NCBI GenBank assembly: GCA_002269645.1
Contig: NIVC01001000.1
Location: 1-64,000, forward strand
Reading direction: 5' to 3'
DNA: 64,000 nt
Origin: Macrostomum lignano
Taxonomy: Eukaryota
Position 1 is the stretch's first letter. The number at the start of each line of letters is the position of its first letter. Shown in pieces: positions 50,642 through 62,029 of the stretch. The notes beneath the pieces were generated by a model. That model was not told the DNA's origin and did not search any database. It saw nothing but the letters and a program-made list of their open reading frames with translations. The translations under genes were made by a program, and so were the position numbers.

Positions 50642-52104
50642 ATTGGCAAGCCTGGTCCGAGTGGAGTGCCTGCTCCGCCACCTGCGGCTCGGGCAGCCGG
50701 ACTCGAACACGCAGCCGTCAGTGCGAATCGAACTTACCGCCCGGCAGTTGCATCGAACCGGCCGTCTCCACGCAGACGCAGCGCAACGAGTGCACCATCG
50801 CCGACTGTCCGAAAGTGAACGGCGTCTGGAGCCCTTGGAATCCTTGGTCGAATTGCTTAGTAACCTGCGGCTACGGCTATCGAGTGCGCAATCGACTGTG
50901 CAACAACCCGCCACCGAGCGGTGGCGGCTCCGACTGCCGTGGGCCGTCGGCCGGTTTCGAAAAATGCCTCGGTGGCGAATGCCCAGTCCACGGTGAGTGG
51001 GGGCCCTGGGCCCCCTGCCCGCTGGAACTGGGCGGACCGCAGTGCACAACGGAACCTCCGAATCGTTGCTCGTCTGGCCATCGAAGGCACTGCAGAAAAT
51101 GCGACAATCCCAAGCCGGAGTTCGGCGGCTCGCCCTGCGAAACTGGGCTGGCTTCGATTAAGAAACAATGCTGGAATTTGGACGCCTGTGATAACAGTAA
51201 GTCTAGTCTTTGAGTTCGAAGTCTACTGAAGGCGAGGGGTTTTAGCCTAGTGGTTAGAGCATCGTCGGACTCACGACTGAAAGGAACTTGCGTCGTCCCT
51301 CGAGCAAAACTTAACTCTTCATTGCTTCAGTTCACCCTGCTGAAAAAATGGGTGCCAGCATTAGCTGGGTAATTGAGGCTGTGTGTGTTGTGACCTCGCA
51401 GTCCTTGGACTGAGCAGCCGTACGCAGCTAGCCTTCAGCAATAGCTGCGGCTGAGCTGTCGATTGCACATCCGTAACGGAAAAAACTACTAAAACAAAGA
51501 ACTTGGACGCTTTTTAGTTAAATGTTTATCTGCTAAAACTAATCTGCACCTTTGAATTCGAGCTTAATCATACAGACAACCAAACCATAAATCCCTTCAA
51601 GGTGTGGTTCAACCGCCAATGAACTTCACCATTGTTGGCTTTCTGGACAGCACCGATCTACTGATTAAATGGCGTCGAGCTCCTTTCGGCCTGGCCGCAT
51701 CTTCGTTCTTTCTCACCTGGACAGTGTCCGGCACGGATCTGATGGACGACACGGATGTTTCCGTGGTACCGGACAATCAGCAGGACGTACTTGGCGAAAC
51801 CTACGAGTTCTGGCTGAGGAATCAAACCAAAGACAGCATCGTGGAGGTCTCAATCTCAACGCGCAGCACAGCTGGCGGCCTGCTCAAAATTTCAAAGCCG
51901 CTGCGTCAAAGTTTCCGCGTCTCCCGCGTCGACGGCGGCTGGGGGCCGTGGGGAGCCTACGGCGAATGCAGTCCAACGGTTGACTGCAACATCCCCGGTG
52001 TCCACTCCAGAACCCGGCAGTGCAACAATCCGGAACCAACGAATGGTGGCTTGCCCTGCCCAGGTCCGGACACAATGAGCAGCCGCTGCTTTCATATGTG
52101 CTAA
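50642..52104 (+). CDS. Distal module TSRx3-FN3-like-TSR (two exons, no own first exon found)
   Basis: Exons 50642-51196 and 51602-52104 (TAA), both entered in phase 1. Canonical TSRs (CNNPPPSGGGSDC, CNNPEPTNGGLPC); FN3-like QPPMNFTIV..LLIKW..TYEFWLRN..VEVSI. Confidence 0.8.
51236..51471 (+). mobile_element. SINE family A copy (internally deleted)
   Basis: Head tagcctagtggttagagc; body matches 22493-22809. Confidence 0.82.
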
Positions 52105-52269
52105 ATATAATGTAAATGTCAATCGGCAATTCTGAAGTAGAATAATGCTTTTCACTTTTAACGTGTCACTGGAGGGCCGCAGTTTACGAACAGAAATACT
52201 TTAGTCAAGTTTGCTAATTAAAGAAAACTATTGATACGGTGGGTTTACAGCTGTTTGACTACCGCCAAC

Positions 52270-53110
52270 TGACCCTAAACCAACCCCAAAATCGAATCCA
52301 GAAACCCTAAACCAACCCCAAAATCGAATCCAGAAACCCTAAACCAAAGCCTAGTTTTAACCGTTACCTATGAAAAAGTCAAAACGAAACCCTACCATAA
52401 ACCCTAAGCTAAAACCTACCCTGAACCTAAACCCTAACCCAAACCTAACCGAAACCCTAACCTAAACCCTAACCCAAACCTAACCGAAACCCTAACCTGA
52501 ACCCTAACCTAAACTCTAACCTAAACTCTAACTTAAACCCTTACCTAAACCCTAAATTAAGCCCAAACCTAATCCCTAACTTAACCCCTAACCTGAACTC
52601 TAACCTAAACCCTTTTTTAGAGGCAGGGGGGTTGTGTGCACCCTGGCGCACTTTAAGTGACATAGGCACACAACCGGCGAGAGGCATTACTGCCCATTCC
52701 GCCGACTCCCCTGAGCAGGCATACAAGCGCGCGGATACGTACACAGGCACACACTCACACAGGAGTGTACAGCGGCCCTAACTTTATATTATCGTTAGGC
52801 ATGTACACTTCACGGCGCCTTGGGGGGTTGGCTCTCAAGGCCGTTAATTGCACAAGCGAGCCAAGCCGAGATTCCAATTCAGCCCCAAATTAATGTGGCT
52901 GCACTTGGAATCGAGCCTGGGCCGCTGGCACACCAGAGCAGCTGCGCTACCGCTGGGCTACGGCCCCCCTTAACCTTAACCTAAACCCTAACCTGAACTC
53001 TAACCTAACCCTTAACCTGAACCCTAACCTGAACTCTAACCTAATCCCTAACCTATACCCTAACCTGAACCCTAACCTGAACCATAACCTAAACCATAAC
53101 CTAAACCCAG
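52270..53110. repeat. Degenerate telomere-like (TAACCC)n tract interrupted by a SINE
   Basis: aaaccctaacct-type units at 52270-52610 and 52970-53110. Confidence 0.8.
52619..52969 (-). mobile_element. SINE family B copy (full length)
   Basis: Minus-strand head ggggccgtagcccagcggtagcgc...ggctcgattcc. Confidence 0.88.
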
Positions 53111-53769
53111 CAATAGTCGAAATGCAGAGTTGTTTTAGTGAATATAAGCTTGCAGACATTAAGCCACCTGTAGATGGTTCAATATCAATACAATAGCAAT
53201 AGAGCTCTTCTGAGTATTAGCCTGTTTAGCCTTGATTTTTAGGCTGAAACCTCAGAACCAATGAAAACTTAATTGAAATGTAATTTTTGCACTGATTTGC
53301 CAAGAGCAGTGTAGCGTCCCTGCAATTGAGTTACTAATGAGTGTCATTTTCTAGCCTGGCGAATTCAAAGGAGTCATTTCAATTTTTATCAAGGACTACT
53401 GGCTAGTAGTAAGATGAGAGCGCAACAGTTTGAAAAAACGCGAAAAGATAACAAATTAAAATTGAACAGTAACCGGAATTTTAATTTTAAAGCGTCTATT
53501 TACTATTAGTAGTACAGTCTAGGATTCTAAGCCAGGTCTAAGAAATTAACCCAGTATTCCGTACAAAGTATGATATTTTTAAGTTTTAATATTTTTGTAT
53601 AGATAATAAATAGTTGTAAATTCAGCTGCAGCTCATTGTGGTCACTCTTTGAATGAATAAATTTTGAGCACATCCGGCTCAAACTAACAGTGGATATGTT
53701 TGTTTTGATTGAGTCTTTCTGTAGCAGATTTTGCTGAATGGTAACTGGTAATTTTGCTGTTAGAAGAGA

Positions 53770-54020
53770 AACAGAACAGAAAAAGGACAGAAACAGAACA
53801 GAAACAGAACAGAAACAGAACAGAAACAGAACAGAAACAGAACAGAAACAGAACAGAAACAGAACAGAAACAGAACAGAAACAGAAACAGAAACAGAACA
53901 GAAACAGAACAGAAACAGAACAGAAACAGAACAGAAACAGAACAGAAACAGAACAGAAACAGAACAGAAACAGAAAAGAAACAGAAACTGAACAGAACAG
54001 AACAGAAACAGAAACTGAAC
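53770..54020. repeat. (AACAGAAACAG)n simple repeat
   Basis: Directly visible. Confidence 0.95.
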
Positions 54021-54626
54021 ATAATACATTAACTAATTAAACATGTTAAGTGATGGTTATCTATAGATAAATATAGATAAAGTGATTATGACAAGTAATT
54101 TGAGTCAGAAAATCTTCAAAGCTAAACTTCTGTAAACATTTTTCTTATATTTCAACAATAAATATAACAAAACAGTCTAAACGTTAATTCGAATTGACTA
54201 AAAAGCGATTTGAATTCGATGACGATGCGAAGTTCAATTTCCAAAACAGGCCGCTAAAGAACCAGATGTACTTGGTTGAAGGCACCAGAGCCACTCCGAT
54301 ACAGATTAAAGCGAGTGCTACTGATAGTAGTAGGAAGTAACCAAATTGAAAAATAAAAATCCGTTTAGAAATTCGAATTTCTCACTCACTCACGCACATG
54401 AGGGCCAGGCACAGTTAGTGTACATGCCTGATAATTTATTGCCTTTTTTTCCCTCCTAAAGCCAGCGGTCATTGGCTAAAAACTTGTCGAATTAAAGGGG
54501 TTCAATGTTTCCACAGAACTGACACAATATCTATCATGTTATGTACGCTTGGAAGCAAAAATATACCGACAAAATTCAAAAACAAAATTGAAAACACGAT
54601 TAACTTTCACTTTGTTCATCCGGCCA

Positions 54627-54968
54627 TCAAAGATCGGACAGCCCACCGCCGCCGCCGCCGCTGAGGCTGTTCTGCAGACGCTGGATTTTGGCCGCCATGC
54701 TGACGTCACCTCCAGGCTGTTGCTTCATCATCAGCCCGCCGCCAGCCATCAGCGGCTTCAGCTGCGGCGCCGGCGGCTCAACCTGACCTTCGCTCTCCGT
54801 CGTAAACTTCAGCGCCCGTTGTCGACGCTTTTGAAACATCTGGCCGGCCTTGCCGGAGCTTGAGTGCAGCGCCGAGGCGATGTCAAACGCCTTCTTGGGG
54901 TCGTAGTCGCGGTGGGTCAGCTTCGGCGCCGAGCGCATCTCGCGTTCCACGAATTCGGCCACCGTTTT

Positions 54969-55012
<44 letters not shown>

Positions 55013-55940
55013 TCGGCGGAGGAGGCGGCGGCGGTGGCGGCGCGGGCGGAGGCGCGGACATCTGCGGCAACGGCACTCGGACGGTGCCGCCCTCATCGAT
55101 CGGGCTGCTCACCGAGGTGTCCACCATGGCGGCGTCAAACTGCTGATGACTGCTGCCGGCGACTCCGGCTGCGGCACCCAGGAGCTCCTCGTCGCCCGGC
55201 TCGGGTCCTTCCAGCGTGTACTTGGCGGCTCTCTCGCGCCGCTTCTCGAACATGCTGGCGCCGCGGCTGCCGCGGTTGCGCGTATCGGTGAGGGTCTCGG
55301 CGACGCGCCTGGCCATCTCCTTCTGCTCCTCCACTGTCGGATAGCTCGAATCGGTGGCGTCGAAATAAGCGGAATCGGCGTACTTTCTCACCGGCGAGCG
55401 TGGCGGCGTTGGCTCCGGCTCCGCCTCGGTGATCAGCTTGCTGAAGGTCACCGGCCGGATGTCGGGGTCAGCCGGGATCACTGTGTCCTCGTCGAAGCTC
55501 AACGGCGGCTGAGTTGGCGGCGGCAGAGACGGCGCCAGCTGGAGCTCGGCGACCTGCAGCTCCTGCAGCGGCGGCTCCGGAGCCGGCTCGGCTGCAGCTG
55601 CCAGCGCCATCATCGCGTCCTCGTCTTCGTCGTCCTCCTCGGAGGCCCAGGTGGCCGCGGCGGCCAGCAAAGTGCCTTCCGGACCGACCAGACGCCGAAC
55701 CTCAACGTCGAGCACGCGCTGCCGTTCGGCGAACTCCATCACGAAGGCGTAGGTTCGACCTGACACCGGCATGGAGTTGACGCTGATTAGCTGGTCGCCC
55801 TCGCGAAGGCCGCCCGCGGTGGCTGGGCTGCGTCTCCGCACCCGGCTGACCCGGAGGCCGCCCGCTGCCGGGCCGCCTCGAAGCCGGAAGCCCCATGGCG
55901 GGCCGCCAGTCAGTGACAAGCTGACGGACTTCTCTGTCAT
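54627..55940 (-). CDS. Synaptopodin-2-like protein: N-terminal PDZ, poly-Pro, two myozenin/calsarcin-type motifs
   Basis: Intronless 437-aa GC-rich ORF; PDZ GGPPWGFRLRGG..GLREGDQLISVN; SRGASMFEKRRERAAKYT and GKAGQMFQKRRQRALKFT. Confidence 0.85.
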
Positions 55941-56538
55941 CAGCGGCTTGGGAGTAAATGCCTGTGCCGTCTTCTGTAGAGCGCAGCTTTCAGCAAAGAA
56001 GCAGATCCTGTCTGAACGATCCTGTCTAGAACAACCATTCCCCTCTACCCCTCAGCTTTATCCATCGCCCTCAGCCCTGACCCGCAGACCCTGGCGGGTG
56101 GACCAGCCCAGCGCAAGACCGATCGATGGCACACCTACCGACCCCATCCCTCCTGGGCGGTAAAGTCAAGGGCCGGCTGCCCGCAGAATTCCCTCCGCTC
56201 TGAACAAAACCTGGGAGTTGGGGTTTTCGGACCGAATACCGAATACCATCATTTTCCTTCCGTTCCGTTCTTCGGCTTCGGGCGTACATGGTCAGGCTTT
56301 CGGATGGGAGAGGAGAACGAGGTTCTGTAGTAAGACCTATGGCCGCTTGCTATTTTCAAAGTGTGCACGCGCACGAAAACCGGTAAGGGACGATCTTTCT
56401 TTTTTGATGCCTGGATTGGAAGACACGGCAAAGACGAAATATCGCCGTTTGTACCACATTTGGGGGCTGCACGCATTGAAATGGAGGTATCTAGCACGCT
56501 GACGAGTGCGTCAATGGCTGAGCGCACGAGGGTTTTTG

Positions 56539-57764
56539 CCATAGACGCACAAGTCAAAGTGCTTGATTCCCATTCTTATTTGATCCAACATGTGTGGCTA
56601 AAGTAGACAAGGGTGGAGCTGGGGGTGTGGACATGGAGGAAAGAATAGAATGGAGTGCTAATCTGAGCCAGTTATTTTTATCTCGCTCGATTTTCACTTG
56701 TAACATCCCTTTCCCCCCCGTTCTTTCCTATTGGCTGAAAGCATATTTTGATGCGAGCTCGAACTATGCTGGGACAGACCTTTTAGAGGCGAACGAAAGC
56801 GAAAACGAGACGAAAAATACTTTGTCTATGGCAGTCACGAGCCAATAGGAAAGAATTCTAGGAAAGACTTGAACCATAGACAAACTATGCGCGAGCTAGT
56901 CTGAAGTTCTTGCACGATGGAAAGAAGAGATATATCTTATCTTATGCGATTTGTTGAGGTGGAAGGTCTGTCGACGGAAGCTGTTAGCGTTGCGGCAATT
57001 GATTGCAATTGAAAGCAATCTAGAACGAGAGAGCAGTTGGATAAGTGACATTCTCGAAGGAGATATGGATGCCTTCGTCACGGAACTGTTGAATTTGGAT
57101 CCAGCCATGCTAGGCCTGGATGAGCTAGAGCAGCAGGCCATTGAGTTGGAGCGCCAGAATCAATGCACATCGTCTGTAGCCAAAGAAATAGCCGCCGAGC
57201 GACGATTTGAGAACTTTGTGGCCTTGCACAATCTGAAGCTGGATCTGGCGTCTTGTCTGCCTGAGGAGTTGGCACGCTTCTTACGATACTTCTACGCTAC
57301 ATCGTCTAATTTGTGTTTGAGTGAGATATTGTGTCTCATTTGCTGTCAAGGTAATTAAAATAACTCTTGTGCTTATCAAATTCGGTTCATTTTGTTTGTT
57401 GAATTTTAATTGTTTAATCATTTTTTCTAATACACCCTACTCTTTTGTTGATTAACTTTTGTTTATGTTTAGCTTTATGTTTATGTGTATGCTAAATTAA
57501 TCGTTTCGTATGCTAAATATATACGAATGGCTGGTTTCTGTTTATGCTTGTAGTCTATGGCTGTTAATTATGCTAAATACAGAAACATTGCGCATTACAT
57601 TCTTGCACGATTGACATTCCTGCACGGAGTGCCCATGTAAATTCAAGGTGCTTTTACCATAGACACTTGCATTTCTGCACGCATATGGCGACTTCCAAAG
57701 CATCCTTGCACGCTGGATCAAATAAGAATGCTTGCCAAAGTAGAACGAAGCTTTTTGTCTATGG
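56539..57764 (+). mobile_element. Element with CCATAGAC-initiated inverted termini enclosing a Crypton-type N-terminal ORF fragment
   Basis: CCATAGAC (56539) + CATTCTTATTTGATCCA (56571-56587) mirrored by 57714-57730 + GTCTATGG (57757-57764); ORF 56951-57358 has RRFENF..LASCLPEELARFLRYFYA. Confidence 0.65.
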
Positions 57765-58265
57765 TAGCAAGGCTGGCACAGCGGCACAGTGGAGGAGCCA
57801 CATCTAGAGTGTATGCTAGACTTGCGAACGAAGTGGAGTTTTGACCATACTAAAGTCCTTACTCAAGTAGAAGGACGGGAAACTAGACGTTTCTTGGAAA
57901 GTGTTAAGGAGGCTGGTTTTTGACGAAAAAATACTCTACGGAGATCGGAAGTTTTTATTTTTACAGCACAAAAATTGTTATTGCTTTTGATAGGAGGCAG
58001 ACCCAATGTTCATGTTTTGATATTTCTTGCCTTTTTTATAGCTCTATTAATTGGCTTTAAAGTTAAATTCAAAGATAATTTTGCTATATTATATTATACA
58101 ATGGAAAGGCAGCGTGTTTTTAGTATTCCGGGTGTGTTATTAATTTATTCTCGTATTTTTGAGTGCGCTAAGTTCAAAAGCAGCAGCTTGGCTAGCTAGC
58201 ATTATGATATAATAGTAAGTATAATAATAACATTAATAATTGCTTTTCACACCTGCCCTAATGTG

Positions 58266-58530
58266 CAGATGTGCAACCGACAGCTCAGCCGCAGCTATTG
58301 TGCAGAGCATCTGAAGGCTGCGTACGGCTGTTCAGTCCAAGGACTGGGGGGTCGCCACACACCCTCAATTACCCCAGCCAATGCTGGCACCCATTTTACA
58401 GCTGGGTGAGCTGAAGCAATGCAGAGTTAAGTGTCTTGCTCAAGGACACAAATTGTTCCAGTGGGATTTGGAATCGAACCCCGACCTTCAAGTGGTAAGT
58501 CCGACGTTCTAACCACTAGGCTACAGCCCC
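58266..58530 (-). mobile_element. SINE family A copy
   Basis: Reverse complement of the family A body and head. Confidence 0.85.
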
Positions 58531-59130
58531 TTTACAACTGTATAAATACAATATTCGATGTACTTGAAATTGTAGCATAATGTGACATTACGCAGAAAAA
58601 TAACAGGCAATCTGCAAATTTTAAACGGCTGAAGTAACGCATTGACGCTTATCAGGCCCCCCATCTGTCGTATGTATAGCGTCATCCCATGGAATGGCCA
58701 GGGGTTACAGTCCAGGGGTCCCTGAACCGAGACGAAATGACTTTTTTTACAGCCCCAGCTATGCAATGGGAAGGATAACGGACTAGATCCCTATATCTAT
58801 ATCACCTGACCGCACATGCGGATATCGTAAAAAAACTACAAATTTTGCATGACTAATAAATGCATGCAAGTTTTACCGTGTGTGTGAGTCAGCGGGTATT
58901 TTATAAAAAATCATTCCACCGACACTGCATGGGAAGAAAGGAGAGAATGGAATTTGTTTTAACTATGAAGAAGCAAGCATACTACTAACTGGCAGCGTGA
59001 CATTCAAGACATTTCAACGATTTTTTGACAAAACTTCCCATCAGCTGCGGCAACCCCTATCTTGTTAGTTATTTCAGTATTTTTCAAAAAGATAGTCGTA
59101 AAATGTTTAGTACACTACTACTGACTAGTA

Positions 59131-59458
59131 GGGCCCCATAGCTCAGTAATAAAGCGCTGCGCTCTGATGTGCCAGCGGCCCAGGCTCGATTCCAAGTGCA
59201 GTCACATTAATTTGGATCTAAATTGGAATCTCAGCTTGGCTCTGCTCGTGCAATTAACGGCCTTGAAGGCCAACCCCCCCCCAAGGCACAGTGAAGTGTA
59301 CATGCCTAAAATAAAGTTAGGGCCGCTGTACACTCCTGTGTGAGTGTGTGCCTGTGCGTATGACTGCGTACGTATCCGCGCTTGTGTGCCTGCTCAGGGG
59401 AGTCGGTGGAATGGGCAGCAATGCCTCTCGCCGGTTGTGTGACAATGTCGCTTAAAGT
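59131..59458 (+). mobile_element. SINE family B copy
   Basis: Head ccatagctcagt...ggctcgattcc; body matches. Confidence 0.85.
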
Positions 59459-60479
59459 TCAAAGCCCCGGCCTTGCTTCTAATAAAAAACTACAGACTAC
59501 TATCGTCAGTAGTCTGTTGAGAAAATGTACCTCTCTATTTAACCTAAGCGGAGAAATTTAAGATTTCTGATTCAAATATGACGTCTCAATTAGGGATTTT
59601 GAATAGCGGAACTAAAAGGATTATGGGATTGAGTCTATACCCTTCAACACGCTTACCCTTTTAGCCTTTAAAAGGCAAAATTTTGTTCTAAAAGCAAATA
59701 GAGCCATTCAAATTAGTGCTATTATATTTCTGCTGCCTGCTATAAAGTATAATATTGTTTTACGATATTCGTCTATTATAGGATTTAGTCAGGAAAAAAG
59801 CATCTTTTATGATGCTCTGTTCCGCGTAGGGGGACAGCAGGATGTCCAGTTGAATCCCTGCCTGATGCTTTTGTCCATGCTTCCTTATCGGCACCCCTGA
59901 CACCCCCTGATCGGCACCCCTGACGCCCCCAGTCATGAGCCACCCAGACTCGAATAACTGAAGTCAAGCACCACGTGAGGCATGCAGCCACACACAAAAT
60001 AATTCATCTGTGGAAACTGATACTGGGAAACCACTCGATCTGTCTGAGATGCCTGTCTCTGATTCTTTGGCTTCTCCATCATTTTGCATTGCAAATCATT
60101 ATGTCAGCTCCTCGAAAAATACATGAAGTGGGCGGAGCTCCCCCGGATGCAGAGGGCGTGCATAATAAAATGCCGGAAAATGGGATTCGACCCCTGCATA
60201 TAGCTCATGATCAGATCCTCATATTACAGATGGATAAGAAATATTCCGCTGCCATATATGCAAGAGAAATACGATTCTCTGCTTTTACAGCCCTGGCTTA
60301 ATTGCATGGGAAATGTTTCTTTTATTGCTTGTATATCGCGTCTAATCCTTATCAGGATTTATCCTGATGATCCGTTTCTCTAAAATTTCTAGTGGGACTA
60401 CAAATCTCTCTCTCAGCATCAAGTGATTCCGGACTTACCAGAAGACTGTTGCCCCGTCAAAGGCCTAAAATCTTTAGTG

Positions 60480-61295
60480 TCCGGGTGCCGATATGGGGGT
60501 GTCAGGAGTGCCGAAAATGGGTGTCAGGGGTGCCGATAAGGGGTGTCAGGAGTGCCGAAAATGGGTGTCAGGGGTGCCGATAAGGGGTGTCAGGAGTGCC
60601 GATATGGGGGTGTCAGGAGTGCCGATATGGGGGTGTCAGGAGTGCCGATATGGGGGTGTCAGGAGTGCCGATAAGGGGTGTCAGGAGTGCCGATAAGGGG
60701 TGTCAGGAGTGCCGATATGGGGGTGTCAGGAGTGCCGATATGGGGGTGTCAGGGGTGCCGATAAGGGGTGTCAGGGGTGCCGATAAGGGGTGTCAGGAGT
60801 GCCGATATGGGGGCGTCAGGAGTGCCGATAAGGGGTGTCAGGAGTGCCGATAAGGGGTGTCCGGGTGCCGATAAGGGGTGTCAGGAGTGCCGATAAGGGG
60901 TGTCAGGAGTGCCGATAAGGGGTGTCAGGGGTGCCGATAAGGGGTGTCAGGAGTGCCGATAAGGGGTGTCAGGAGTTCCGATAAGAGGGTGTCAGGAGTG
61001 CCGATAAGGGGTGTCAGGAGTGCCGATAAGGGGTGTCAGGAGTGCCGATAAGGGGTGTCAGGAGTGCCGATAAGGGGTGTCAGGAGTGCCGATAAGAGGG
61101 TGTCAGGAGTGCCGATAAGGGGTGTCAGGAGTGCCGATAAGGGGTGTCCGGGTGCCGATAAGGGGTGTCAGGAGTGCCGATAAGGGGTGTCAGGGATGCC
61201 GACAAGAGTGTCAGGGTGCCAATAAGGGTGTGTCAGGGATGCCGATAAGGGGATGTCAGGAGTGCCGACAAGAGTGTCAGGGGTGCCGATAAGGA
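60480..61295. repeat. 22-23-bp minisatellite ggggtgtcaggagtgccgataa
   Basis: About 36 copies; two inverted units near 59890-59930. Confidence 0.96.
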
Positions 61296-62029
61296 GAACA
61301 TCATAGCAGATCAAAGAAGTGGCAATATAAGAGCCGCTCTCTATAACCTCCATGCACACCACTGCATAGAGCTGACGCTCATTAAAATCTCTCTTACAGT
61401 ACTGTACGTGACTCTGGCTCAGCACCTGACTTCCACCATCTTGACGATTGCTTATCTAAAAACTTTTATATAAACTATACACCAACTGAGAGCTCTCATG
61501 CTGTATACAACTCGTCGTTTCTATGCGGTACGTGACAAACATCTAAATTTGTTAAGCAAGCTTAATGCTTAATGAAGACATTCTGTACATAATGTAGCTC
61601 TTGCATACTAGCGTATCAGAATAAGAAAGATTAGTCTCAAAATTCTAGTTGAATGAGACAAAATGCAAACTCACATTTCGCTAGGTCGAGTTTAGTAAAT
61701 TCAGAGACCCAATGTAGCCAGAGATACAGAATCGCAGGTAAAAATGAAACAATGTTGACAATTTAGCTGCACCTCTGAGCTGCTAACTAAACCTGAAAAC
61801 AGAAAACTCAAATTTATCAAACTCTGTTTACTTTGTCAATTAAACTGTCAAATGAGGCTTGATAGTATAGAGCTTGTCGTGGGGCAGACAGTAAAGCACT
61901 GATATTGTGTCTATTTTCTCTGCTTTTCAAATTCAAACTTTAGGGTTAGAAATTTATGGTTCTAGAGACTGTATGCGGTTGGTAAGTAGGAAATACACTG
62001 GCAGACAGATAATCTCTCTATGAGTAATG

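Noticed and set aside
59975-60301. 108-aa ORF as a decayed LINE reverse transcriptase
   Set aside because: No diagnostic RT motif could be identified.
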